64,000 bases of DNA. Origin: Candidatus Micrarchaeota archaeon (GTDB lineage Archaea; Micrarchaeota; Micrarchaeia; Norongarragalinales; UBA97). The notes below the pieces were generated by a model. The model saw only the letters and a list, made by a program, of their open reading frames with translations, was not told the DNA's origin and made no database searches. The first letter of the stretch is position 1. Each line of letters opens with the position of its first letter. Both the position numbers and the translations under genes were made by a program. Below, piece after piece: positions 1 through 9,144 of the stretch. The stretch covers positions 864 to 64,863 of the forward strand of contig JACQBR010000008.1 of the NCBI GenBank assembly GCA_016194335.1. Reading direction: 5' to 3'.

Positions 1-1
1 C

Positions 2-706
2 ATCAACCTGTTCCCGTCTGATGCCAACTACATCTTCAACAGCTCGACAACCGGAACCCTCACCACGCTTTACGCAAGCAGCGTGACTCCGGGCACCGCC
101 CTCGCGGCCGGCTACCCGTCTACGGGCGGAACGTCGTACGAAAAGGGATTCATCAGCCCCGGCGGCTTGGCCCTTAAGGACCTGACGCTCACGAGCGCGA
201 TAATCAACTACCCCAAGAAACTCGTCCACGCGAGGTACCAGTTCGGCGCTCCGTCAACGGTCAACGTGACCACGACCGGCGCGACGGTTACCGAGCGCAC
301 GATGGCGGAAGGCGAGGAGTTCGCACTCGGAGGCGGCTACAAGGTGAAGGTATCGTCCATCACCGCGACCGTGAGCTGCACCGGAGGCGCAGCCGGAGTT
401 GCCGCATGCACGCCCAACAAGGCTGCAGTCGTCACCCCGCTTAGCGCAACCGACCACCTCGTGGTCCTCGACAGCGATGCCGGCTCGACCGGACAGCTCG
501 TCGTGGTTGGAGGCCCGCTGGTCAACAGCGTCGCTGCTGACACCCCCGGCGTTGCCGACGTGACCAACACGCCCGGCAGTTCGGTCATCAAGGTGATTGG
601 CAGCAAGGTCGTCGTCGCGGGTTACACCGCACAGGACACCACCGACGCGGCCAACGCGCTGGTGAAGTGGCTTTCCGACAACAGGGACGCAGTCAGGGGA
701 GTTTAA
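2..706 (+). CDS. Secreted/surface protein, 5'-partial. The reading frame is open from the window edge; rich in T/G/A/V
   Basis: Frame 2 is open from position 2 and the first Met is at 83. Composition is low-complexity and Thr/Gly/Val-rich, typical of archaeal surface proteins. No catalytic motif recognised. Confidence 0.45.
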   Translation: MNLFPSDANYIFNSSTTGTLTTLYASSVTPGTALAAGYPSTGGTSYEKGFISPGGLALKDLTLTSAIINYPKKLVHARYQFGAPSTVNVTTTGATVTERTMAEGEEFALGGGYKVKVSSITATVSCTGGAAGVAACTPNKAAVVTPLSATDHLVVLDSDAGSTGQLVVVGGPLVNSVAADTPGVADVTNTPGSSVIKVIGSKVVVAGYTAQDTTDAANALVKWLSDNRDAVRGV

Positions 707-713
707 ATCCCTT

Positions 714-830
714 GGGGGGCTTAGCCCCTTTTTCCCCTTTTTTTTCTCTTTCTTCTTTTTTTCCCTTCTTTTCATATCTTTCGTTTTTGTTTTTCCCAGT
801 TTCACTCCTTGATTCTTTCCCATAAGCCTT
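714..830 (+). terminator. GC hairpin (ggggc-tta-gcccc) followed by a roughly 100-nt T/C-rich tract. Probable terminator of the upstream gene
   Basis: Inverted repeat at 716-728, then oligo-T runs (tttttt, ttttttttt). Archaeal terminators are oligo-T. Confidence 0.4.
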
Positions 831-910
831 TAGGGCTTCATACGGGCTATGGGGGGGGCAACGGTTTTTAATTCAGGCACGCGCATTAACTATCTCGGGT
901 TTAGGGCCAT

Positions 911-1390
911 ATGGCTGAAAAGAAGTTTTATCTCGAATCCGATTCCGAGCTGCAAAGGATAGGCCTGCGGGCGCAGGTCGTCTCGTTCCTAATCGCGCAA
1001 GGCATCGAGCGCGGAAATGCGCTTAACGACCCTGAGAACAAGAAGAGGGTGGTGGTAGCCATAGGCGCGGATGCCGATTCGCGCATTGAAGAGGTCAGGG
1101 ATGAGCTGGTCAAGTTCCTCAACAAGCTTCACGACGACGATCCTGCCTGCTACGGGCAGTTCCCCGCCGACATTCGCGCGAGCCAACTGCACGAATTGAG
1201 CAACCCGCATTCGATACGCCTGTTGGACCTCAACCACCTGGCAAATTCGCTCATGCTCGAACAGACGAGCAAGGGCGTGGGGGCGATGCTTTCGATTCCC
1301 GCTTCAATGGAGAAAGCCATGGTGAGGTCCCTGGAACCGCTGCATGGCCTTCCCCAGGCGATTGAGGCCCTGGCCAAGAGGCTGAAGTAG
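911..1390 (+). CDS. Hypothetical protein (159 aa)
   Basis: Clean ORF with balanced composition. No recognisable motif. Confidence 0.4.
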   Translation: MAEKKFYLESDSELQRIGLRAQVVSFLIAQGIERGNALNDPENKKRVVVAIGADADSRIEEVRDELVKFLNKLHDDDPACYGQFPADIRASQLHELSNPHSIRLLDLNHLANSLMLEQTSKGVGAMLSIPASMEKAMVRSLEPLHGLPQAIEALAKRLK

Positions 1391-1546
1391 CCATTGCATG
1401 TGCCCGGTGCCCGCACTTGAACGAGTGTGCGGCAGTGCCGGGGAAGTGTTAAAATTCATTACCTCCCCAAATCCTATTCCTGGGGTTTGATTTTCCCAAT
1501 ACCCTGAATGCCCGTGTTTTCCTTCCTGGAGTTGCCTTAGCCAAAG

Positions 1547-2392
1547 ATGCCGCAGAACAAGTTTCTCCACTACTTCACGCTTTTTCTCATAGCGTCGTTC
1601 ATCGTCTCCTCGTTTGCCGTCATCCTCTACCTTCCCGTCCAGCAGAACAACGGCCGGAATGGCAACAGCTCCGCCAATACCGGCCCGCAGGCCCAGGCGC
1701 AGCTTGAAGCGAGCGGCGTTGCGAAAAACGCCCGCGTGCTGGGGTTTTCAAACCAGCTTCTCGTGCTTTGCAATTCCACGCTGCCGGTGGACAGTTCCTC
1801 CATTGCGGGCGTGAAGGGCGTTCTCAACGCATTTCGGGTTTCTCCCTCCCTTTTCATCGCGCTTCTCAATTCAACCTCTCCCATAGTGCCCGTTGAAGAG
1901 GGGGAGGCGCAGGGTGTGGCAATCGGCATCCAAACGGCGCTCGAGCCATACTGCGCCGCTGCGGTTTACCGCAACGGGTTCGTTTCCATCGAATCGCCGG
2001 TCACCTTCGCCCTCAAGCCACCTGCAGGCACGCCGGTTTCGCTCAATGCGGCTTCCCAGCCTTCCAACGCCACGTTCTACCCCCTGGATTTCCGGGACTA
2101 TGCGGTGAAGAACAACCTCAGGGGAGTGCCCGCGGTTCTCGATGCCTTCACTTCCGGCAACCAGACGGTTGACTTGGTGATCTTCGCAACCGTGCAGGGA
2201 GACCAGCTTTCGCAAGTGAATTCCCAGCAGTCGGGCGGCGGCGGGCTGAAATTCTCCCAAGCCCGGGCGGAAGCTGTGGTGGTGAACTCCAGTTCAAACG
2301 CCTATTACCTCCAGGGTTTTTCCCCTTCGGCCAAAGGGCCGCAATCAACGGCACGGCGTGGCAGTGGCAGCTCAATTCCACCCCCAACGTGA
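1547..2392 (+). CDS. N-terminal-anchored extracellular glycoprotein, part 1. Probably one gene with 2389..2913, disrupted by a frameshift
   Basis: N-terminal TM helix and many NxS/T sequons (NSTLPV, NSTSPI, NATFYP, NQTVDL, NSSSN). The adjacent frame carries further sequons (NGT, NST, NVT) upstream of position 2389 and continues the same protein style. Confidence 0.5.
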   Translation: MPQNKFLHYFTLFLIASFIVSSFAVILYLPVQQNNGRNGNSSANTGPQAQAQLEASGVAKNARVLGFSNQLLVLCNSTLPVDSSSIAGVKGVLNAFRVSPSLFIALLNSTSPIVPVEEGEAQGVAIGIQTALEPYCAAAVYRNGFVSIESPVTFALKPPAGTPVSLNAASQPSNATFYPLDFRDYAVKNNLRGVPAVLDAFTSGNQTVDLVIFATVQGDQLSQVNSQQSGGGGLKFSQARAEAVVVNSSSNAYYLQGFSPSAKGPQSTARRGSGSSIPPPT

Positions 2393-2913
2393 CAATCGCG
2401 TCTTTCCTTCTCGAGCGCAACGACTACTTCAGCGTGAGAAACATTCCCGGCCGGACGCAAAAAATCGCAATCGCCGCCGCGCTCGAGTCCCTCTCGTTCG
2501 TGACCAACATACTTCCAGGGGAGGAGAATGGTTCCATCGGGAGGGTTGAGGTGAACGCCTCGTTTGAAAACGAATCCGCAGTGAGGGATGCAGTCGCAGC
2601 CGCGTCCCCCAACGGCACGGCAGAAGTCGTTTTCGCAAACACCACCCTCGACGCGGATGTCGTCATCGCGGATGCGACGGCGTTTGGCGCGGTGGCGTCG
2701 TTTGCCGGAAGCAATGGCCTGCTGTTGCGCAAGAGGGTGAAGGCGGCCCTGTCCAATCCCGCGGAAGTCCAGCGGCAGGTGCAGGCGGTGATTCCCACTC
2801 CCATCGACGCGGCGGTGTTCTACTACCACGGCAACGGCTCGGTTGTCAACCTCTCCATTTCGGTCCTCTCAAGCGGTGGAAGGGCCCTTAGCGTGAATGC
2901 GCGCGAGGATTGA
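2389..2913 (+). CDS. Extracellular glycoprotein, part 2. C-terminal continuation of 1547..2392 in a different frame
   Basis: NxS/T sequons NGSIGR, NASFENES, NGTAEV, NTTLDA, NGSVVNLS. The frame stays open upstream of the nominal start and overlaps the end of the previous ORF. Confidence 0.45.
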   Translation: MTIASFLLERNDYFSVRNIPGRTQKIAIAAALESLSFVTNILPGEENGSIGRVEVNASFENESAVRDAVAAASPNGTAEVVFANTTLDADVVIADATAFGAVASFAGSNGLLLRKRVKAALSNPAEVQRQVQAVIPTPIDAAVFYYHGNGSVVNLSISVLSSGGRALSVNARED

Positions 2914-2984
2914 GTGGGGTTAAAAACGGTTTTGGGGCTTAAGATTATTTTCCAGATGAGAAATTTGATTTTTGGGGGAATGAT

Positions 2985-3680
2985 TTGCGCATGTCTGTCC
3001 AACCAGTGAAGAAAGGCGATTTTGTCGAGCTTTCGTTCGAGGGGAGGCTCGCATCCGGCGGGGAGGTTTTCGAGAAGGCCCAGAGGCCAATCCTCGCGAT
3101 CGTGGGCGAAGGGCAGCTCGTGCCCGGCCTCGACTCGGCCTTGGTCGGCGCAATGCCGGGAGAGGAGAAGTCGGTTGAGATTGACGACCCGGCAATGGCG
3201 TTCGGCGTGAGGACGGAGGAGCTCGTGCGCCTCGTTCCCGCCGAGCAGTTCACCAAGCAGGGAGTCACCCCGGTTGCCGGAATGCAGGTGGAGCTTGACG
3301 GCGCGACGGCAAGAATCCAGTCGGTGAGCGGCGGCCGCGTGAGGGTTGACTTCAACCACCCCCTTGCAGGGAAGAAAATCGCCTACAGCTTCAAGGTCGA
3401 GAAGTCATTCCTCACTCCCGAGGAGAAGGTTTCCGCACTTGCCAAAAACTTCCTTTCCGGCTCGCCCGCAAAATTCGAGGCGGGCGTGGCGGCCGCAACG
3501 GCTGGCGAGGGGGTGCGCAAGGACGCGGAATACACCATTGGGAAAATGAGGTTCGTCAGCCTCGCGCTCAAGTTCGTGCCCGAAGTCAAACGCGTCACCG
3601 TGCTCGAGGAGTATGCAGCGACGGAAGGGAAGGCCGCGACGGAAGGGATGGCAGCAGCGGAAGGGACGCCCGGGCAGTAG
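2985..3680 (+). CDS. FKBP-type peptidyl-prolyl cis-trans isomerase, long archaeal type with an IF/chaperone insert
   Basis: VKKGDFVELSFEGRL...GEVFE, VPGLDSALVGM..GEEK, RVDFNHPLAGK. These are canonical FKBP/SlyD-family motifs. Confidence 0.85.
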   Translation: MRMSVQPVKKGDFVELSFEGRLASGGEVFEKAQRPILAIVGEGQLVPGLDSALVGAMPGEEKSVEIDDPAMAFGVRTEELVRLVPAEQFTKQGVTPVAGMQVELDGATARIQSVSGGRVRVDFNHPLAGKKIAYSFKVEKSFLTPEEKVSALAKNFLSGSPAKFEAGVAAATAGEGVRKDAEYTIGKMRFVSLALKFVPEVKRVTVLEEYAATEGKAATEGMAAAEGTPGQ

Positions 3681-3869
3681 GCCGCTTGCACGCCCCGCCG
3701 CTTTTGGGGGGATGAAGCGCCCTCCGGATGGGGGGGCAGTGAACCATTTAAATACTTTTGCGGATTCAATACTTTCGCAATCCACCTTGGCTTATTCGAG
3801 CCGTCAGCTTTTTTGGGGGTTCGAATTGTTTTCCATTCCTTAACGACTTTTTGCGGAGTTGATTTTTCC

Positions 3870-4499
3870 ATGGTTGAACTTGCCGACGAGCACAAGAATT
3901 TCAAGGGCACCACCACCGTCGGGATAGTGTACAGGGACGGCGTGATTCTCGCCGCGGACAAGCGCGCGACTATGGGATACTTCATCGCGAGCAAGGACGT
4001 GGAGAAGATAGTGTTCATTTCCGACAAGATAGCAATCACCACCGCGGGAGGCGTGGGTGACGCGCAGGCGCTCGCGCGCATGCTGCGTGCCGAACTGGAG
4101 CTGTACAAGTACGGCAATGCCCAGCCCCTTTCCGTGAAGGGAACGGCCACTCTCCTTGCGAACATCCTGCAGGGAAGCCGCTATTACCCCTACCTCGTGC
4201 AGATTATCGTAGGCGGGTTTGACGACGCCCCCCGCATTTTCGACATCGACCTCCTCGGCGGCCTTCTTGAGGAGAGGTACACCTCCACCGGAAGCGGCAG
4301 CGTAGTGGCTTACGGCATTCTCGACGAGGGGTTCAAGGACAGCCTATCGCAGGACGAGGCCGTCAAGCTTGCGGTGCGCGCGGTGCGGGGCGCCATCAAG
4401 CGCGACAGCGCCACCGGCGAGGGAGTCGACGTGGTGGTGATCACCAGGGATGCAGTGAAGAAATTGAGGCAGTCCGACGCCGCTGCAGGCGCTTCCTAA
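3870..4499 (+). CDS. psmB: Proteasome beta subunit
   Basis: Propeptide followed by GTTTVGI, which carries the mature N-terminal Thr. Ntn-hydrolase fold residues match. Start chosen at the ATG at 3870; the ORF-track start at 3813 is probably spurious. Confidence 0.9.
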   Translation: MVELADEHKNFKGTTTVGIVYRDGVILAADKRATMGYFIASKDVEKIVFISDKIAITTAGGVGDAQALARMLRAELELYKYGNAQPLSVKGTATLLANILQGSRYYPYLVQIIVGGFDDAPRIFDIDLLGGLLEERYTSTGSGSVVAYGILDEGFKDSLSQDEAVKLAVRAVRGAIKRDSATGEGVDVVVITRDAVKKLRQSDAAAGAS

Positions 4500-4584
4500 A
4501 GCCCCCCAATCGAGTCCAATGCCCGACCAGAATTTTTCTCAGTTCTTCCCAACCCCCCGGTGCCTTCTGCATCAAGCCGGAATC

Positions 4585-4726
4585 CCGTAATGGCAATCCC
4601 ATAGAGTCAAGCCCATAATGCAACGCAGTTTTTTCCCGCATTTGGCGGTCTTTCCGTGATGGCAATCCCAGAGGGTCAAACCTTTAATGCAGAGGGAGGT
4701 TTTTCTTGCCGCATTACGCGGTTTTC
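4585..4726. repeat. Two tandem copies of a roughly 70-nt direct repeat, about 80% identical, upstream of aCPSF1
   Basis: ccgtaatggcaatcccatagagtcaagcccataatgca... compared with ccgtgatggcaatcccagagggtcaaacctttaatgca..., directly abutting. Confidence 0.6.
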
Positions 4727-4791
4727 CCCCAGTGGGAAGACGAGCAACGTAACATATTTTTTTCAACCAACAACGCAGGTGCATCGATAGG

Positions 4792-7700
4792 ATGGTTAAC
4801 GACGTAAAGGATTTGGAAGAGCTTGTGAATTCCGTCTTGCCCCCCCAGTGCGAGCTTTCAAAAATAGAGCTCGAAGGCCCCCAGGTTGTGCTTTACCTCA
4901 AGAACATGCACGCGTTCTACGCCGACGTTAACCTCATCACGCGAATCGCTTCGAAAGTCCGCAAGAAGGTGCTCGTTCGTTCCGATTCCTCCATCCTAAT
5001 GCCTCCCGAAAGGGCGAAGGAAAAGGTCGCCGGCCTCATTCCCCCCGAGGCGGGAGTGAAGGAAATCCGTTTCGACCCGCATTTCAACGAGGTGCTCATC
5101 GAGGCCGCAAAGCCCGGGGTGGTAATCGGCAAGGGCGGAAGCGTGCTGAAAAGCATCACGCTCACCACCGGATGGTCCCCCCGCGTGCTCCGCGCGCCCA
5201 CGATGCCTTCCGAAATTGAGACTGCAATCCGAAACGCACTGCTTGCGGGCTCGGAGCAAAGGAAGAAATTCCTAGGGGTTTTTGGCAAGAGGATGCTGGG
5301 CGCCCCGGCCGCAACCGAGTGGGTGAAGATGACCGCGCTGGGAGGCTTTCGCGAAGTGGGCCGCAGCTGCTTTCTTTTGCAGACCCCGAAGAGCAACGTG
5401 ATTGTCGACTGCGGGCTCAACATCGACACCAGCGACGCCACGCGCGCCTATCCCTATCTCAACGCAATGGGGCTTTCGCTTGAGCAGATTGACGCGGTCA
5501 TCCTTTCGCACGCGCACCTCGACCACTGCCTCCATCCGGATTCCCTCATCCAGCTTGCAAACGGCGAAATAAGCAGCATTGAAGATTTGGCAGAACACGG
5601 CGGGGACGTCGTTTCTTACGATTTCGTTTCCGGCGCAACTGCAGGCGCTGTTGCAAGCAAGGGCGCTACTCAAAAGCCGGAAATGCTCAGGATCAAGACC
5701 AATTTATTCAGCATCCGCGCCACGCCAGAACACCGCTTTTTCGTCGTCAACGGCCTTGACGTGAGGGAAAAGCGCGCGGGAGAGCTGCGCGAGGGCGATT
5801 TCGTGGCGGCGCTGCGTTCAAGCAAATTCGAGGGAGCGGCAAACCAGCCTCTGCCCTTGGTGAAAGTGCAGGAGCTCGCTTTCATTTCGGGGGAAGGCAG
5901 GCTGAAAATGCGCCAAACGCGCGAGTCGTTCAAGCTGACCCGCAAGCAGGTTGCAGCAATTGCCGGAGTGCCGGCATGCCAATACGCATGGCTCGAATCG
6001 GGCAGGCACAAGCCGTCGAGGGAAAATTTGCAGAAATGCCTGCAGGCGCTGGGCCTGAAAACTCAGGATTTTGGGAATGAGGTTTCTGCAATCAAGTCGG
6101 CCGAGTTGCCCAAATTTTCAAGTGAGGAGTTCTGCCAGTTTTTGGGCTACGTCCTCGGCGACGGGAACGCGCACTATCAGGCGCACGATGCCAATTGCAA
6201 TGATTTGGCCGTGACGGACAAGGACGTGGCGAACCTCGAGTTTTACGCCCAGCTTGCAGAAAGGGTGTTCAATACAAAGCCGCGCTTTTCGCTCAAGGCG
6301 GGAACAAATGGCGGGAGAAACCGGGTGTTCTTCTCGTCCTACGTGACGAAGCTGATGTTCGCCTTGGACAAAGGGATTATTTGCCGCAGCCGCCAGCGCC
6401 GCGTACCCAAAATGATTCAGCGTGCGTCCAACGCCGAACTGGCCGCTTTCTTCCGCGGGCTTTTTGACGCCGAGGGGTCCGTGGGCCACCACTCGGTGAG
6501 GCTGGTCTCTTCAAGCGAGATGCTCTTGCGCGTGGCGCAGATGCTTCTATTGAGGCTGGGCGTGCAAAGCTGCATTGAAGAGCGCAAGGCGGTTTCGCAA
6601 AAAGCATTCTCCAAAGAGCCGTTCTACTGCCTTGCCATCACCCATCCCCGGTCGCTTTACGCATTCGGGGAGAAGATAGGCTTCTCATCAGAGGCGAAAT
6701 TGCAGAAATTCAAGGCGATGGCCGCCACCGTAGGCAATGCGCGCTCCGGAAAGGTTGACCTAATACCGATTGACGGTGCGGCGCTTAGGGCCGAATTGGC
6801 GGATGCGGGGTTGTTCGAAACCGATTTCGACTCCAGAATCTCCCGTTACTGGAACTGGAGCCACGCGCCGAGCAGGGAGGCAGTTGATGGAATCTGCGCG
6901 GGAATCGAAGCGCGTTTGCAGCTGCTGAAGACGGCTTCATCGCGGCAGGAGCTGCGAATAACGCAAGGGCAGGTCGGAAAGGCTTTGGGAGTGGACCAGT
7001 CGGTAGTTTCGGCAATCGAGCGCGGCAGAATCTCTTCGTGCAGCATTATCTACCGTGAGACGCAGGAGTTTTTGCACCTCTCCAGAGAAACCTGCATTTC
7101 AAAAGCGGAGCAACTTCTTCTCAAGTTGCGGATGCTCGTCTCGCAGGAGCTTGCGTGGGTGAAAATCAAGTCGATTGAAAATGAAACCCCGCCGGAGAAG
7201 GTTTACGACCTGAGCGTCCCCGGTTACGAGAACTTCGTTGCGGACGGTTTTGTCGTGCACAACTCCGGTTTCATCCCCTACCTCTACGCCTACGGCTACG
7301 AAGGCCCGGTCTACTGCACGCCCCCCACGCGGGACATGATGGTGCTTCTCCAGCAGGACTGCGTGAACGTGATGAATAGCGAGGGCGGCAAGGCCCCTTA
7401 CGGCGAGAGGGACATCAAGAAGGAGCTCATGCACGTGATCACCCGCGAGTACGGAGAGGTGACCGACGTGACGAGCGACATCCGCTTCACCTTCCACAAC
7501 GCGGGGCACATGATTGGAAGTTCCATCGTGCACATCCACATCGGCGAGGGCATGCACAACCTCATCTACTCCGGCGACATCAAGTTCGGCCGCACGAAAC
7601 TCTGCGACACCGCATCTACGCAATTCCCCCGCGCCGAGACGCTGATGATAGAGGCGACTTACGGCGGGCGCAACGACATCAAGCCGCGAATCGAGGATTG

Positions 7701-8424
7701 CGACGCGAAGCTCTCCGAAATCATCCGCACCGCAACCGGCCGCAGAGGCAAGGTCCTCATTCCCGTCCTCGCCTCTGGCCGCGCGCAGGAGCTGATGCTC
7801 ACGCTTGAGGAGCAGTTTTCCAACCCCGACTTCACCGTCTATATGGACGGCATGAGCCGCGAGGCAAGCGCAATCCACACTGTATATCCGGAATACCTGC
7901 GCCGCAACATCCAGCGCCGCATCCTGCAGAACGACTCGCCTTTCGACAAGCCGATGTTCAAGAACATACAGAACAACGACCACCGCAAGGCCATTGCCGA
8001 GTCGGACGAGCCCGCTGTGATTCTCGCGCCAAGCGGGATGCTCACCGGGGGGCCCAGTGTCGAGTTCCTCAAGCTGCTTGCCGACGACGCGCGCAATTCC
8101 CTCGTATTCGTGAGCTACCAGGGCGCACTCACGCTGGGCCGCAGGCTCCAGCAGGGGGAGAGGGAAGTGCCGGTGCTCAACCGCGCGAACAAGCAGGACT
8201 CGCTGAAGATTAACATGGCCGTGCAGAGCATCGAAGGCTACTCCGGCCACTCCGACCGCTCACAGCTCGTCGCGTGGACGCGCAACATCCGCCCCAAGCC
8301 CTCGCGCATCTTCACAATGCACGGCGAGGAAGGAAAGTGCGAGGAGCTCGTGCGCACGCTGGGCAAGATGCTCCACGTCCAGACGCAGGTGCCGATGAAC
8401 CTCGACAGCATCAGGCTGAAGTAG
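4792..8424 (+). CDS. aCPSF1/FttA (KH plus metallo-beta-lactamase plus beta-CASP ribonuclease), interrupted by a 579-aa intein
   Basis: N-terminal KH domains. MBL motif HAHLDH is followed directly by Cys. The extein resumes SGFIPYLYAYGYEGPVYC... The extein is 631 aa, a typical aCPSF1 length. Confidence 0.9.
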   Translation: MVNDVKDLEELVNSVLPPQCELSKIELEGPQVVLYLKNMHAFYADVNLITRIASKVRKKVLVRSDSSILMPPERAKEKVAGLIPPEAGVKEIRFDPHFNEVLIEAAKPGVVIGKGGSVLKSITLTTGWSPRVLRAPTMPSEIETAIRNALLAGSEQRKKFLGVFGKRMLGAPAATEWVKMTALGGFREVGRSCFLLQTPKSNVIVDCGLNIDTSDATRAYPYLNAMGLSLEQIDAVILSHAHLDHCLHPDSLIQLANGEISSIEDLAEHGGDVVSYDFVSGATAGAVASKGATQKPEMLRIKTNLFSIRATPEHRFFVVNGLDVREKRAGELREGDFVAALRSSKFEGAANQPLPLVKVQELAFISGEGRLKMRQTRESFKLTRKQVAAIAGVPACQYAWLESGRHKPSRENLQKCLQALGLKTQDFGNEVSAIKSAELPKFSSEEFCQFLGYVLGDGNAHYQAHDANCNDLAVTDKDVANLEFYAQLAERVFNTKPRFSLKAGTNGGRNRVFFSSYVTKLMFALDKGIICRSRQRRVPKMIQRASNAELAAFFRGLFDAEGSVGHHSVRLVSSSEMLLRVAQMLLLRLGVQSCIEERKAVSQKAFSKEPFYCLAITHPRSLYAFGEKIGFSSEAKLQKFKAMAATVGNARSGKVDLIPIDGAALRAELADAGLFETDFDSRISRYWNWSHAPSREAVDGICAGIEARLQLLKTASSRQELRITQGQVGKALGVDQSVVSAIERGRISSCSIIYRETQEFLHLSRETCISKAEQLLLKLRMLVSQELAWVKIKSIENETPPEKVYDLSVPGYENFVADGFVVHNSGFIPYLYAYGYEGPVYCTPPTRDMMVLLQQDCVNVMNSEGGKAPYGERDIKKELMHVITREYGEVTDVTSDIRFTFHNAGHMIGSSIVHIHIGEGMHNLIYSGDIKFGRTKLCDTASTQFPRAETLMIEATYGGRNDIKPRIEDCDAKLSEIIRTATGRRGKVLIPVLASGRAQELMLTLEEQFSNPDFTVYMDGMSREASAIHTVYPEYLRRNIQRRILQNDSPFDKPMFKNIQNNDHRKAIAESDEPAVILAPSGMLTGGPSVEFLKLLADDARNSLVFVSYQGALTLGRRLQQGEREVPVLNRANKQDSLKINMAVQSIEGYSGHSDRSQLVAWTRNIRPKPSRIFTMHGEEGKCEELVRTLGKMLHVQTQVPMNLDSIRLK
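5527..7263 (+). mobile_element. Intein (579 aa) with a LAGLIDADG homing endonuclease and an HTH domain, inserted in the aCPSF1 MBL motif HAHLDH|SG
   Basis: Begins with Cys (CLHPDSL), ends with ..VVHN and the +1 residue is Ser. Internal LAGLIDADG blocks FLGYVLGDGNAHY and FFRGLFDAEGSV. HTH segment LTRKQVAAIAGVP. Confidence 0.85.
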
Positions 8425-8429
8425 TTAAC

Positions 8430-8843
8430 TCAAACAATCGTGATGTCGCTGAACTTTTCGAAATCCCGGTCAGCCGTGACGATGCGGTTTATTCCTGCGC
8501 GTATGAGTGTGAGGTAGATGACGCAGTCGGTGTATTTCACGCCCAACCTGTCGCATAGAATCAGGGCGTCTTGGAAAATGTCGGCCGGTTCCGCCACCAC
8601 CCTGTTTTTCTCTTCCTCGTAGAGCTTGCTTATGACCTTGGCGCAAACCGCACGATTGTACCGGCGGTGGAGGATGTTTGCAAGCTCGACAATCACGGTA
8701 GTTGGAATTGCGACCGTAGCTTCGGCATAGGCTTTGTCGAGTTTTGACGCCGTCTTTTCGGCAATCCTTCTCTCTTCAGGAGTAAACCGTGAAGGGTCGC
8801 TCACATAGTAATAGAGTGCGCTAGTGTCTACTCCAATTTCCAA
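8430..8843 (-). CDS. vapC: PIN-domain toxin VapC
   Basis: PIN-like acidic residues in a roughly 135-aa protein. It overlaps the upstream antitoxin gene by 16 nt. Confidence 0.7.
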   Translation of the reverse strand: MEIGVDTSALYYYVSDPSRFTPEERRIAEKTASKLDKAYAEATVAIPTTVIVELANILHRRYNRAVCAKVISKLYEEEKNRVVAEPADIFQDALILCDRLGVKYTDCVIYLTLIRAGINRIVTADRDFEKFSDITIV

Positions 8844-9127
8844 TCGGCAGCACCTTCCGCCCTGAGAGTATCCAAATCGGCTCCGGGTTTTGCCGGGAGC
8901 GCCCCCCTCAATTTTCGGAAAGCCCCGGCTTTCTTTTCCTTGATGACGATTTCATTCTCAAACTTGAAGAGGACTAGGCGTTTGGACATCCCCTTACGCC
9001 ACGTTGCCGGAAGAACAATCCTGCCGGTGCCGTCAATCTCCCGGTATGCAACATCGATGTTTGCCATTTCAATCACGGTTCTGCCATAAGGATTAAGAAT
9101 ATGGCAGGTTATATTGCTTTCTGCCAA
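8828..9127 (-). CDS. vapB: AbrB/SpoVT-type antitoxin VapB
   Basis: GRIVLP swapped-hairpin motif. Small protein immediately upstream of and overlapping the PIN gene. Confidence 0.65.
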   Translation of the reverse strand: MAESNITCHILNPYGRTVIEMANIDVAYREIDGTGRIVLPATWRKGMSKRLVLFKFENEIVIKEKKAGAFRKLRGALPAKPGADLDTLRAEGAADWKLE

Positions 9128-9144
9128 ATCAGATTCGTGATGAC

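Noticed and set aside
4572-4784. 70-aa minus-strand ORF over the tandem repeat upstream of aCPSF1
   Set aside because: Its internal peptide repetition just mirrors the DNA repeat. More likely noncoding.
7099-8250. 383-aa minus-strand ORF inside aCPSF1
   Set aside because: Antisense to a well-supported gene. Composition is Arg/His/Leu/Val-rich, typical of high-GC antisense frames.
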